Made by a program: the position numbers and the translations under genes. 64,000 nucleotides of DNA from Candidatus Saccharimonadia bacterium (GTDB lineage: Bacteria; Patescibacteriota; Saccharimonadia; UBA4664): the NCBI GenBank assembly GCA_036488585.1, contig DASXHH010000005.1, forward strand, positions 7,147 to 71,146. The letters are read 5' to 3'. The notes beneath the pieces are model-generated. The model was not told the DNA's origin and did no database searches. It saw only the letters and a list, made by a program, of their open reading frames with translations. Within the stretch, counting starts at the first letter, position 1. The number at the start of each line of letters is the position of its first letter. This document shows positions 18,385 through 28,444 of the stretch, piece after piece.

Positions 18385-19948
18385 TCCGGTAATCCTCGAG
18401 CATGCGTGCCGCCGTGAATTGCTCTTCGGTTAGCTTCACCACCGCCCGCATACGCCGCATCCAATCCTGAGGCACGCCGGCCTCGTCTCGGCCGTAAAAC
18501 GCCGGCAGCACCTCCTGCTCCAAGGTCTTATATAGTGCCTCCGCCGGCTCGGCGTCCGGGATCTCCCAGCCGATGGCCGGCAGCTCCACCTCATCTAGCC
18601 AGCCGTCGCGAGTTGAAAGCTGTAGCGCGCCGTTCAGCCCCGCCTTCATGCCACTGGTGCCGCAAGCCTCCATGCCCCGCGTCGGCGTGTTCAACCATAC
18701 GTCGGCACCCGCCACCAGCCGCCGCGACACGCTGGTGGAATAGTGCGGCAGGTAGAGCAGCCGTCCCGCAAAATCGGGATTTTGTGCCAATTCCACCAGC
18801 TGCTCCAAAATTCGCGTGCCTTCCTCGTCGGTCGGGTTGGCATTGCCTGACACCACCAGCTGGAACCCCGGATCGCCAGTGAGCAGCCGCTGCAGCCGCG
18901 TCACATCGCTAAACAGCAGCATCGGCCGTTTGTACGGCGCAAATCGCCGTGCCCACACCACCGTCAGCCGGTCCGGGTTGAGGTTGACGCCCACCTGCTT
19001 GTTCAAGTACTCCACCATCGTTCGTCGGTTGTCGCCGTGCCGCCGCCACAACTCACTATCAGTCAGCTTATCCGCCGGTCCCTCCAGGTTAGATTCCTGC
19101 CAGCGAGGCCGGTGTACACCGTTGGTTACGGGTATGAGCTGGCTTTCGGGATGCTGCTCGTGCTCAATTTTGGCGTGCAACTGGCTCACCGCGGAGCTCC
19201 GTATCGCCGACCCAATCATAAAGGCAGTGGTCGAAAACGTTTCCGGGGCCGAGGCCTTGGGGCCGGCCGCCAGCAGTTCGTGGGCACTCCAGCCATATCG
19301 GTCTAAGTATTTGCCAAACAATCTCTCCAGCATCGACTCATCAGCAAAGTCGCCCGCCCCCGCCAGAATCGTGTGCTTGCTCCCCACAACCTGCGACCGC
19401 ACTCCCTCGATGGCGTCGGCCAACGTCATACGACCGTGCTCGTCGCGGAGCCGAGCCGCCAGTGCCAGCGGTACAAACGCCATGTGGCCCTCGTTTAAGT
19501 GGTAACGATCGGGCTTTACACTCAAAAAATTCAGCGCTGCCAAGCTCGCCTCCGCCACCACGAATTCTTGCAGCAATCGCGTGCTCACATCCGGGTCGTA
19601 CAGGTTGGAAGTTAACCAGCGGCTCAGCACCGAGTTGTCCTCCCGATCGGCGTCAATCAGCACTAGTCGCGTCGTGCCGAATTCCCGCTCCCATGCCCAG
19701 CACTTCACCTGCCAATCGCCAAAATCCACCACCGTCTCAAATACCTGGCCGTCTCGCTCCAGCCGCTTAAAGCCGGCCGCCCCCAAGCGCCCCTGGTAGG
19801 CTGCCCCAAATGCCACCACTTGCCAGCCCTGTGCGGCCGCCTCCATCACGTAATCGGCCGCCAGCACGCCCAGCCCGCCCGCGTACATTGGCAGACCATC
19901 ACTTGTGGCGTACTCGGCAGCGTAATAGGCGATAGTCGGCTTAGTCAT
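18365..19948 (-). CDS. glgP: Alpha-glucan (glycogen/maltodextrin) phosphorylase, GT35
   Basis: 527 aa; similar to small bacterial/archaeal GlgP-type phosphorylases; 20-nt convergent overlap with ruvC. Confidence 0.8.
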   Translation of the reverse strand: MTKPTIAYYAAEYATSDGLPMYAGGLGVLAADYVMEAAAQGWQVVAFGAAYQGRLGAAGFKRLERDGQVFETVVDFGDWQVKCWAWEREFGTTRLVLIDADREDNSVLSRWLTSNLYDPDVSTRLLQEFVVAEASLAALNFLSVKPDRYHLNEGHMAFVPLALAARLRDEHGRMTLADAIEGVRSQVVGSKHTILAGAGDFADESMLERLFGKYLDRYGWSAHELLAAGPKASAPETFSTTAFMIGSAIRSSAVSQLHAKIEHEQHPESQLIPVTNGVHRPRWQESNLEGPADKLTDSELWRRHGDNRRTMVEYLNKQVGVNLNPDRLTVVWARRFAPYKRPMLLFSDVTRLQRLLTGDPGFQLVVSGNANPTDEEGTRILEQLVELAQNPDFAGRLLYLPHYSTSVSRRLVAGADVWLNTPTRGMEACGTSGMKAGLNGALQLSTRDGWLDEVELPAIGWEIPDAEPAEALYKTLEQEVLPAFYGRDEAGVPQDWMRRMRAVVKLTEEQFTAARMLEDYRTKLYQL

Positions 19949-20018
19949 CTTGGCTCCAGATAATGCTTTTCCATATCATATACGATCAGCTAGCATCCTG
20001 AATATTCACGGGCCGCCC

Positions 20019-20969
20019 TTACGCGCTGCGAGGCGTCAACGCCATTGTCGGATACACCGTTTCTGGCCTCGTAGCCCGCGTTCGCGCCCGCACGGCTCGT
20101 GCCCGCTTGTCGAGCTCCAGCCACGACCTAAACTGCCGCCAGTTGGCGTTCACCACGCGTTCCGGCTCGATGTCCGCCGCCATCATCCCGCCGACACAGT
20201 CCGCCACCCGGGACCGTCCCGGGTGACCTAGATCCAGCCAATCGTGCACGAACCGCTCGCGCTGTAACCGGTTATGAATGTCGCTCCCCAGGAATACGTC
20301 CGCGCCCGAGTTGGCCAATGCCCGAAGCCATTCCGCCCAAAATCTCGCCCGAGCCGGCTCGCGCTTCGGGTCTGGGTAAATGTTCATATTCACTTCAATC
20401 GCCGTACCCGTGGCCGCTGCCCGCTCCAAAATCCGAGACCAGTCCATGCCCCTAAGGCCCTCGATATGCCGCACCGGATGACCAATCACGTCCACTCCGG
20501 GATTGGCGCATGCCCGCTCAAACATCTCCTGCAGCGCCTCAGCATTGTGGTCGATTTCATCTGGAACGACGTGAACTGAGGCAATCACCAGCTCACAGTC
20601 CTCGGTGAGCTCCCAGGGCAAATCGGTGCGGCCGTCTGCCAGCAGGCTGGCCTCAAATCCAAATAGCACCCGCACCCCGTCCACCTGCTCGCGCCACCGC
20701 CGCCGGTCCAACGCTTGGGCCCGTAGGCTGTGCATCCGCAACGGCGCCGGCCACGCCGGATTCGAGGAGTGGTCGTTAATCATCACGTATTGTAGAGGCG
20801 AGCGCGGATCACCGACCAGTCCTGCTCGTACCAGCTCGTCGATCAATGCTCCCACCGTCTGGTCGCTCTCATGGTGGCCCGGAAAGTTGCTCAGGCGGGT
20901 GTGAACATGCGCCAACCCACCTACATACTGCTCAATTATCGCCCTATCAACCCGGTCCACATCATGCAT
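20019..20969 (-). CDS. PHP-domain metal-dependent phosphoesterase
   Basis: PHP motifs HVHT, NDH, GFE, SVHV, IGHP and GSDIH. Confidence 0.6.
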   Translation of the reverse strand: MHDVDRVDRAIIEQYVGGLAHVHTRLSNFPGHHESDQTVGALIDELVRAGLVGDPRSPLQYVMINDHSSNPAWPAPLRMHSLRAQALDRRRWREQVDGVRVLFGFEASLLADGRTDLPWELTEDCELVIASVHVVPDEIDHNAEALQEMFERACANPGVDVIGHPVRHIEGLRGMDWSRILERAAATGTAIEVNMNIYPDPKREPARARFWAEWLRALANSGADVFLGSDIHNRLQRERFVHDWLDLGHPGRSRVADCVGGMMAADIEPERVVNANWRQFRSWLELDKRARAVRARTRATRPETVYPTMALTPRSA

Positions 20970-20992
20970 ACGCCTTATAGTATAGCGTAGTT

Positions 20993-21979
20993 TTATGAAC
21001 GGCGCTCGGCCACCCCGGTAATCAAGCCTGTTAGCACTGAGTACAATTTTTGCTCAGACTCAGGAGCAAGAACATGATTATTGTGGTAATAATTTAGGCT
21101 CGCCACCCCCTGTACCAAGCGCACCAAGTCCCACGCCACCAGGTCATCCTCGCTGCCCAGGTAGCCGGCCGCGGCCAGCTCTCGCTCAAACTCCGCTCGG
21201 TAATCATCACGGTCAAAAAATCGCACCCACAGCCGACTAAAGTCATGCAGCCGGTGCCCCCACGACGACGATTCCCAGTCAATAAATCCGATCCGGCCGT
21301 GCTCCAAGAACACATGCGAGGCATATGGCTCATTGTGGGCGATCACTCGCTCACTGCGCCACAGCACCGGCTCGTGTGCGTCCATCCACGGCCCTACCCG
21401 CCCGGCCAGCTGCTGCACTGCCGGATGGCTCCACTCGCCGCCGAGTGCCGCCACAAGCAACCGCACATGCTCAGTGCGCGGGTACCACAACCGCAAATGT
21501 CGCGCCAGTCGCTCGGTCACCAACGGTGTCAGCTCATGCAGGCTCCGAAAATACGCCACTACCTTCGCCGGCGGCACCTGCTCGTAAAACTTGGCCGGAA
21601 ACACAAACGGCGCCTCTGCCCCCGCCATCGGCGCGCCCTGCATTAGCTCCCGGATGTACCAGACGCTGCCCGGCTCCGTGCCGTGGTTCAAAAGTAACGG
21701 TACGTTGCCCGCCACCCGCTGACGATGCTCGCTCAAAAACTCAAGCAGCGCCGTCTCTTTCAACACGTCGTTGTACAACCCCGGGTGCCACGTGCCAGTG
21801 TCCTCGGGCGCGATGGGGTTGTCGGCGTGCGGCACCATCATCTTAAATAGCGCCGGCCGACTCCGGTACTCAGTGCTCGCCACCACATACCGCGGCCCAT
21901 CCTCCAACAACTGGCTCACCTGTAGCCCGAGCTTACGCATCGTTTGGCCCACTTCGGGATAATTGCTTTCCAGTTTCAC
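20993..21979 (-). CDS. Phosphotransferase-family (APH/choline-kinase fold) protein; possible sugar kinase
   Basis: C-terminal FIDWESSSWGHRLHDFS resembles the APH activation-loop region; the HGD..N catalytic loop is replaced by HNEPYASH. Confidence 0.55.
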   Translation of the reverse strand: MKLESNYPEVGQTMRKLGLQVSQLLEDGPRYVVASTEYRSRPALFKMMVPHADNPIAPEDTGTWHPGLYNDVLKETALLEFLSEHRQRVAGNVPLLLNHGTEPGSVWYIRELMQGAPMAGAEAPFVFPAKFYEQVPPAKVVAYFRSLHELTPLVTERLARHLRLWYPRTEHVRLLVAALGGEWSHPAVQQLAGRVGPWMDAHEPVLWRSERVIAHNEPYASHVFLEHGRIGFIDWESSSWGHRLHDFSRLWVRFFDRDDYRAEFERELAAAGYLGSEDDLVAWDLVRLVQGVASLNYYHNNHVLAPESEQKLYSVLTGLITGVAERRS

Positions 21980-21988
21980 AGGTCGTTC

Positions 21989-23458
21989 CTAGTTGCTCCG
22001 CTGCTCCAGCTGGCCGCCACGAATGCGATTGTAACGGGCTTTGTACTGCGCAATCGTGTCCTCTATCTCTTCGTGTGGCAACCTCTGCCGTATCAGGTCC
22101 ACTGCGTGCACGGCGTCGTACATATCGAGCTTCTGCTCTAATTTATTCACCGCATCCCGCCACAAAATGGCCTCCTCATAACTGCCCCGCTCGGCCGCCC
22201 GCTTCTCCTCATGCCGCATCATGTCCACAAATGCCTCCCAGGTACCTCGGTCGCCGGCCTCGAGTGTCCTCTCCTTAAATGGGATGCGCGGCCGTTCCTG
22301 CGGGCTGTCGATTTTACCGCTGCGCTGCCAGTCGTAGGCTAGCTCCATAATCTCCCGGTATAGCGCCAACCCGCGCTGCGCCGCCCCCGTCTCGGCGCCT
22401 GGCACTTCCTGTATGATCGTCAGCAAATCGTGCGCCCCCCGTTCGATATATTCGATCATCCACCACGGTTTGCCGGCCGCCCAATAAAACTGATCCGACG
22501 CCACCGCCGGATCCAACCGTTGGCGTAGTCGCCGGTAGACCGCCTCGTCGTGCGGCAATGCGTCCACCTGCTCAACTGCTAGTCTCAACAGCTCCCACTG
22601 CAACTGGTGAATGCGGTTGTGAGGATCGTCCCATGAAATAAACTGGATGCCCTTGGCAATGTCGTCCTCGCTCGATGCCCAAGTGCAGGCCGTGGTTTTA
22701 AGTGCCTCGCCAGGCGGAAACTTATCAAACACCTCGCTCATTTTCACCGCGCCAATCTCGGGGTCCGACAGCATCTCAAACAGCGCCCGGTCGTGGCCTG
22801 CTCGGTGGTGGCCAAACACTTCGCCGTCCATCGCCGTGACCACGTACCGGCCCGGCACCAGTTCCTCCTTGGCCTCCGCTTTCAGGTGCGCTGCGTCCCG
22901 CGAAATCCAGGCCAGCATCGTACTCAAACGGTGCTCACGGAACACTGCCTTCAGACTGCTGCCGGTCACCGTGTAGGTCTGCTGCCAGTCCACGCCGCCT
23001 TTGCTCCCTCGGGCCGCCAGCTCGTCCAGAACCACCCATTCAAAGCCCAGCTCCTCGAGCATCGGCGCCAACTTCGGATCCCAAGCCATTTCCGGCAAGA
23101 ATACTCCGCGCGGCTTAAAATCGCTGCCAAAATATTTGCGGTTGGTTTTAGTGTTCTCTTCCACCTGGCGCCGGGCCTCATCTAGGGGCAGCAGCGGCAA
23201 AATCGCGTGGTATTTGCCCGAGCCCACTAGCTCCACCTGCCCGCGTCGTACCAAGTCCGTGTACATATCAATCACGTCCCCGTGTCCAGCCTGGTCCAGC
23301 TGCTCCAGCAGAACACCCGTAAAGTTAATCGTTACACGGGCGTCCCGGTTTGCCAGCAAGCCCTCAGCCACTGGCCGGTAGCATTGTGCCGTAATCATGT
23401 CGATAATCTGCCGCTTCTGGCCGTGCGGTTGATAAAAATGTAGTAAGTTAGCCCACAT
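21989..23458 (-). CDS. Glycoside hydrolase family 57 protein (probable alpha-glucan branching enzyme / 4-alpha-glucanotransferase)
   Basis: N-terminal ANLLHFYQPHGQ GH57 motif; size 489 aa; glycogen gene context. Confidence 0.7.
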   Translation of the reverse strand: MWANLLHFYQPHGQKRQIIDMITAQCYRPVAEGLLANRDARVTINFTGVLLEQLDQAGHGDVIDMYTDLVRRGQVELVGSGKYHAILPLLPLDEARRQVEENTKTNRKYFGSDFKPRGVFLPEMAWDPKLAPMLEELGFEWVVLDELAARGSKGGVDWQQTYTVTGSSLKAVFREHRLSTMLAWISRDAAHLKAEAKEELVPGRYVVTAMDGEVFGHHRAGHDRALFEMLSDPEIGAVKMSEVFDKFPPGEALKTTACTWASSEDDIAKGIQFISWDDPHNRIHQLQWELLRLAVEQVDALPHDEAVYRRLRQRLDPAVASDQFYWAAGKPWWMIEYIERGAHDLLTIIQEVPGAETGAAQRGLALYREIMELAYDWQRSGKIDSPQERPRIPFKERTLEAGDRGTWEAFVDMMRHEEKRAAERGSYEEAILWRDAVNKLEQKLDMYDAVHAVDLIRQRLPHEEIEDTIAQYKARYNRIRGGQLEQRSN

Positions 23459-23584
23459 AGATCTTTGCCTCTAAGGATAAATGAGCGCACTTCAAGGAAA
23501 AGCTAACACCGTAAACGATGCGTATTGACTCGTACGATGAGTGCGAAGCGCAAGCTACGAAATGTGCCATTTATGCAATTCCCC

Positions 23585-25066
23585 CTACCATTTTTTCGGT
23601 AATGCCCAGGTCAAACCCCTATGCTCTTTGCAGGCTGCCTTGTAAATCCGCACGTACTTCTTGGCCGGAATCTCCCACGAGTAGGACAGTGCCATGGCAT
23701 GCACCATCAGGCTCCACCACCGGTCCTTCTCCTCCCATAGTTCGAGCGCCCGGTCAATGGCCTCCTCCAGAGCCTCGCCCGTGTACTCGTCAAACACGAA
23801 GCCGTTGCCGGTACGGTTGCTCTCGTTGTAATCGAAAATCGTGTCTGCCAGCCCGCCCGTCCGCCGCACCACCGGGATCGTGCCGTAGCGCAGACTCACC
23901 ATCTGTCCCAAGCCACTGGGCTCAAACAGGCTCGGCATCAGAAAAATATCCGACCCGGCGTACACCAGCGTACCCAGTTCATCCACCGCCACCTGTCCCT
24001 CACGGAACGCCACCTGTTTCGGATATTGCTTGGCCTTGGCGCGTAGGATTTCCGCGTATTCCTGTGAGCCCGCGCCCACCACCACCAGCTGCACGCCCTT
24101 TTTCATTAGATCGTCAAAAATCTTAAACAGCAGGCTAAAACCCTTCTGCTCCACCACTCGGGCGTTCATGCCCAGTACCGGCACATCGTCGTTGATTGGC
24201 AGTTTCATGCGATGTTGCAATGCCCGCTTATTGTCATACTTGCGGTGCATAATCTCGATGTCATAGTTCACCGGCAGCTTCTCGTCGAACATCGGATTCC
24301 ATACGTTATAATCCACTCCGTTGCGGATGCCGAAAAAGGTTCGTGGCCGCGGCGACAACACATCGTACAGCCCGTGGCTGGACTCGCGTATCATTAGCTC
24401 TTTAGCATAATTCTCGCTCACGGTCGTCACGATATCCGCTCCCACGATGCCACGTTTGAGGAAGTTTATGTTCTGCACCTTCGATAGATCCGTGGGCGGC
24501 AACCCCGAGCCGTCATCACGCTCCTCGTCCGGGATGTGCCATTGGTTGGCAATAGCCACGTAAGCCGAATTGTGAATCGTTTCAACTGTCGCGATCCCCG
24601 CAAACGGTGAGCTGGACGGCAGGTGGCGGATAATGTTGGGGATCAACCCGGCGTGCCAGTCGTGCACGTGGATAACATCTGGCACCCAGTCCAGCGTTTC
24701 GAGCAACCTAAACGCGCTCAGGTTAAACGCGTAAAACGGCAGATTACCGCTCCCCTCGTCGTAGATGCTACGGGTGCCGTATGGGAAATATTTTTCACTC
24801 TCCAGGAAGTAAATCGGCACCTCCTGGGCCAAAATACTGGCCTTGAAGTTAATAGGGGAGCGCTCACCTCCCACGCTTAGCTGCAACGTCTTGCCGATCG
24901 GTACAAACGCGAATTGCTGCCGGTCGATGGCGCCGTACAGTGGCATGAACACGCGCACGTCGTGGCCTAGCCGGTGCACCGCCTTGGGCAGTGCCGCCAT
25001 CACTTCGCCCAAACCGCCAGTCTTGGCGTAAGGCGCAACCTCGCCAGCAATCATGAGTATATTCAT
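23585..25066 (-). CDS. glgA: Glycogen synthase GlgA (GT5)
   Basis: MNILMIAGEVAPYAKTGGLGEV aligns with the GlgA N-terminus including the KTGGL motif; start taken at the second in-frame ATG. Confidence 0.9.
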   Translation of the reverse strand: MNILMIAGEVAPYAKTGGLGEVMAALPKAVHRLGHDVRVFMPLYGAIDRQQFAFVPIGKTLQLSVGGERSPINFKASILAQEVPIYFLESEKYFPYGTRSIYDEGSGNLPFYAFNLSAFRLLETLDWVPDVIHVHDWHAGLIPNIIRHLPSSSPFAGIATVETIHNSAYVAIANQWHIPDEERDDGSGLPPTDLSKVQNINFLKRGIVGADIVTTVSENYAKELMIRESSHGLYDVLSPRPRTFFGIRNGVDYNVWNPMFDEKLPVNYDIEIMHRKYDNKRALQHRMKLPINDDVPVLGMNARVVEQKGFSLLFKIFDDLMKKGVQLVVVGAGSQEYAEILRAKAKQYPKQVAFREGQVAVDELGTLVYAGSDIFLMPSLFEPSGLGQMVSLRYGTIPVVRRTGGLADTIFDYNESNRTGNGFVFDEYTGEALEEAIDRALELWEEKDRWWSLMVHAMALSYSWEIPAKKYVRIYKAACKEHRGLTWALPKKW

Positions 25067-25123
25067 AGTTATCCACATTATATTCCGCCGGGGTTCTATC
25101 TGTCGAACGTGTACAATAAGCCC

Positions 25124-25684
25124 ATGATTGCAAGCCTTACCGGAACTATCGCCGAAAAACTGCCCGACAGCCTGATTCTGGAGGTGGGGGGAGTGGGCTA
25201 CGAGCTATTCGTCACTACCGACGAATGGGGCGGGGCGGGGCTCGGCTCCGAGGCTAAATTCTACGTGCACGAGCAGGTGCGCGAAGACGCCTTCAACCTC
25301 TACGGTTTTACCGCGCTCGCCTCCAAACAACTGTTCACGCGGCTCATCGGAGTAAACAGCGTCGGGCCGAAGCTGGCCATGCAAATCCTCAGCTCGGCCG
25401 GCGAGTCCCGCCTGCGCCAGGCCATCGCGTCCGGCGACCCGGCCCTGCTCAAAGGCATCACTGGCGTCGGCCCCAAGACCGCCCAGCGCGTCATCCTCGA
25501 CCTGCGCGGCAAAGTCGAGGAGGGGAGTACTGGCCTGGCTCCGGTTGCCGACTCCACCTACCAGGCCCTCGTCGCACTTGGCTACACACCCGCCCAGGCC
25601 ACCCAAGCTGTGGCCGCCCTCCCCGCCGATGTCACCGACGAGCAAGCCCGCCTCAAACTCGCCCTCAAGGGAGTAGGGGAGTAA
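25124..25684 (+). CDS. ruvA: Holliday junction branch-migration protein RuvA
   Basis: MIASLTGTIAEK...GVGYELFV N-terminus and HhH motifs (GVGPKTAQRV); start at an internal ATG of the longer ORF. Confidence 0.9.
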   Translation: MIASLTGTIAEKLPDSLILEVGGVGYELFVTTDEWGGAGLGSEAKFYVHEQVREDAFNLYGFTALASKQLFTRLIGVNSVGPKLAMQILSSAGESRLRQAIASGDPALLKGITGVGPKTAQRVILDLRGKVEEGSTGLAPVADSTYQALVALGYTPAQATQAVAALPADVTDEQARLKLALKGVGE

Positions 25685-25738
25685 CCACCCAGCCAGTCCC
25701 CCGGCTGCTCACATCGGCAGCCTGGTGGAGGCGTACTC

Positions 25739-26779
25739 ATGTACAATACAGATATGGCTATCGAGCGCATCGTCAATCCCGAAACTGCCCCCGACCCTCA
25801 GGAAGCGGCCGAGGAGCAGGCGCTAGTTGAAACGCTGCGTCCCCGCACGTTCGACACCTATATTGGCCAGCCACTCCTCAAGCAAAACCTGCAGCTGGCC
25901 ATTGCCGCCGCCAAAGTCCGCTCAGAGCCCGTCGACCACGTGCTTCTCTATGGCCCGCCCGGCCTGGGCAAGACCACCATGGCCGGAATCATCGCGCACG
26001 AGCTCGGCGCCAACATCCGCATCACCTCCGGCCCGGCCATTGAGCGGGCAGGGGACCTGGCCAGCCTCCTCACCAACCTGGTGGATGGTGATGTACTGTT
26101 CATCGACGAAATTCACCGCCTGCCCAAGACAGTTGAGGAGGTGCTGTACCCGGCCATGGAAGACTTCGGCCTCGACGTGATGCTCGGCAAAGGCCCCTCC
26201 GCCAAATCCATTCGCCTCGACTTGCCCAAATTCACCATCATTGGCGCTACCACCCGGGCCGGCGCTCTGTCGGCGCCGCTCCGCGATCGCTTTGGCCACG
26301 TCCACCGGCTCGAGTTCTACTCGCCCGACGAGATGATCCAGATCATCGAACGGGCCGCCGGCATTCTGGGCGTCACGCTCGACCGTCCCGCCGCCACCGA
26401 AATTGCTGCCCGCAGCCGCCTCACACCCCGCATTGCTAACCGTCTGCTCAAGCGGGTGCGTGATTATGCCCAGGTCAAAAGCGTTGACACAATTACATCA
26501 CGCCACGCCAAAGAGGCGCTTCACCTCCTGGAAATAGACGAACTCGGCCTCGATACCTCCGACCGCCGCCTGTTGTCGGCCATAATTGAGCACTACAACG
26601 GAGGTCCCGTAGGCCTTACAACACTCGCTGCCATCTGCGCCGAAGAGCCGGCCACCATCGAGGACGTCTACGAGCCTTACCTCATGCAGATTGGCATGCT
26701 CGAGCGCACCTCTCGTGGTCGCCGCGCCACCCCTAAGGCCTACTCGCATCTCGGGCTCACGCCGCCCCCGGCCGCGTAA
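25739..26779 (+). CDS. ruvB: Holliday junction ATP-dependent DNA helicase RuvB
   Basis: Walker [19 protein letters not shown]+ fold and winged helix. Confidence 0.95.
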   Translation: MYNTDMAIERIVNPETAPDPQEAAEEQALVETLRPRTFDTYIGQPLLKQNLQLAIAAAKVRSEPVDHVLLYGPPGLGKTTMAGIIAHELGANIRITSGPAIERAGDLASLLTNLVDGDVLFIDEIHRLPKTVEEVLYPAMEDFGLDVMLGKGPSAKSIRLDLPKFTIIGATTRAGALSAPLRDRFGHVHRLEFYSPDEMIQIIERAAGILGVTLDRPAATEIAARSRLTPRIANRLLKRVRDYAQVKSVDTITSRHAKEALHLLEIDELGLDTSDRRLLSAIIEHYNGGPVGLTTLAAICAEEPATIEDVYEPYLMQIGMLERTSRGRRATPKAYSHLGLTPPPAA

Positions 26780-26797
26780 TCGGTTACAATTATCACC

Positions 26798-27406
26798 ATG
26801 AGTAACCCTACGCACGGCCAAATCACCGCTCTCATTACCGAGGTGTTACTGCCCTTCCATCAAATTCAGCGCGACAATGAGCTCCCCACTACTCCCCTAC
26901 GTCCCGAAAACGACGTTGAGCATTCCTGGTCAGTGGCTGTACTGGCCTGCAGTTTGGCTCCCCAGATCGACCCCGTACTTAACATCGGCAAAATTGCCCA
27001 ATTCGCCATAGTTCACGATCTCGTTGAGCTCTTCTCTGGCGATACCTCCATCTTCGCCCCGCCAGAGCAACTGGCCACCAAGGCTGCCCGCGAACACGCC
27101 GCCCTCCAGAGAATTCGCCGCGATTACGCCGCCTTTCCCTGGTTAGCTGATACCATCACCGAGTACGAGGCCAAACTTACCCCCGAAGCCAAGTTCGTCT
27201 CGGCCGTCGACAAATACATAGCGCTCCAGTACGATTACCTGGACCAAGCTGCCTACCTCAGGCGCCGGGGCGTTACTAAGTCCCAATATCACCAGTGCAT
27301 CGCCAAGCCCAAGCAAAAGGGACACCTCAACCCTGCTATCGGCGAGTATTATGATCAGGTCCTGGCCTTGCTCGATGCCCATCCGGAGTATTTCTACCAA
27401 GCATGA
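26798..27406 (+). CDS. HD-domain phosphohydrolase
   Basis: H...HD...D signature (EHSWSVA ... IVHDLVELFSGD). Confidence 0.7.
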   Translation: MSNPTHGQITALITEVLLPFHQIQRDNELPTTPLRPENDVEHSWSVAVLACSLAPQIDPVLNIGKIAQFAIVHDLVELFSGDTSIFAPPEQLATKAAREHAALQRIRRDYAAFPWLADTITEYEAKLTPEAKFVSAVDKYIALQYDYLDQAAYLRRRGVTKSQYHQCIAKPKQKGHLNPAIGEYYDQVLALLDAHPEYFYQA

Positions 27407-27615
27407 ACCAACTCGCCCGCGTCACCATCCCCAAATCCGAACTCCGTGCCCAGCTAGACGAGGCCGAGGCCATTAAGCGTAAAATGGCCGCCATGCTGCT
27501 CGAGCTCGAGACCAAAACCACCGGCCAGCCTGCCACCAAATCAGGCTCCTGGCGCCACGACCCCATCGGCTGGCTCCAGCGCCACGGCCTGCCGCGCTCT
27601 AATCCAGACCGCTAA
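27403..27615 (+). CDS. Hypothetical small protein
   Basis: 70-aa ORF; ATGA overlap with the HD gene. Confidence 0.3.
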   Translation: MNQLARVTIPKSELRAQLDEAEAIKRKMAAMLLELETKTTGQPATKSGSWRHDPIGWLQRHGLPRSNPDR

Positions 27616-27899
27616 AACGGGTTTCCGTTGCCAAGGTTGAGCGGCACGTCGCCGTTCACCACAGTTCGCTTACTCAGGGAATCAATCGCGTCCTGATAGA
27701 ATGTCACTTTGGGCAGAGATTTAATGACAGTCTGGGTATTAGCCGGCTGCACATTTATGGCCTGGTTGAGTACATAGGCCGTGTAGCCAAATACCCCAAC
27801 CAGTAGCACTCCGTATATGTAGGGCTGGGCCTTCTTCAATCCCGGCCAAAGTGCCCGCAAAGTTTCAGCATTTAGTTCTAGTTTCATATTCGTATTCAT
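27612..27899 (-). CDS. Small membrane-anchored protein at the end of the pilMNO operon (possible PilP analogue)
   Basis: 95 aa, one TM helix; translationally coupled to pilO. Confidence 0.4.
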   Translation of the reverse strand: MNTNMKLELNAETLRALWPGLKKAQPYIYGVLLVGVFGYTAYVLNQAINVQPANTQTVIKSLPKVTFYQDAIDSLSKRTVVNGDVPLNLGNGNPF

Positions 27900-28444
27900 G
27901 GCTTTATGTAAGCATTAAGTGTAAACGTGTATTCCGCACCTGGCGTCTTACGCTGCACCACCAGGGTTGTAATGTTGGTAAAACGGTTGAGATCTTCAAG
28001 CTGTGAAGTAAAATTTTCGAGCTGAGTGTAAGTTCCATCAATGTGAAAGTTTATCGGCAAAGCCAGTACCTGGCCCGCCTGGATGGTTTGAGAAACGCCC
28101 GATGGCAGCCCAGTTGGCCCCGGCATGGTCACAGCCGTCAAAGTCATGCCGTTGTTGGCAGCAATTCTTTCGATCTGCGCCAATATTTCGGTCTGCTTCT
28201 TGTCCCTCGGCAGCGCTTCGTCGATCAGGGCCAGGATCGGGACAATATCCTTGTTGTATTTGTTGTCTAGTTTTTGCAACGAACTAATCTGATCATCGGC
28301 TACCTTTTGCTCTGCCAACTGGGCTGCCAGGTCCTGCGATTTCGATTGCACGAATTTAAGCCCAAAATAGTAGCCCACACCACCCAGTCCGAGCACCGCA
28401 ATAAAAATCCCCAGCATTACGAAGAAGAAGATCTTAGGCTTCAT
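27896..28444 (-). CDS. pilO: Type IV pilus assembly protein PilO
   Basis: 182 aa, N-terminal TM then coiled-coil; position after pilN. Confidence 0.65.
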   Translation of the reverse strand: MKPKIFFFVMLGIFIAVLGLGGVGYYFGLKFVQSKSQDLAAQLAEQKVADDQISSLQKLDNKYNKDIVPILALIDEALPRDKKQTEILAQIERIAANNGMTLTAVTMPGPTGLPSGVSQTIQAGQVLALPINFHIDGTYTQLENFTSQLEDLNRFTNITTLVVQRKTPGAEYTFTLNAYIKP

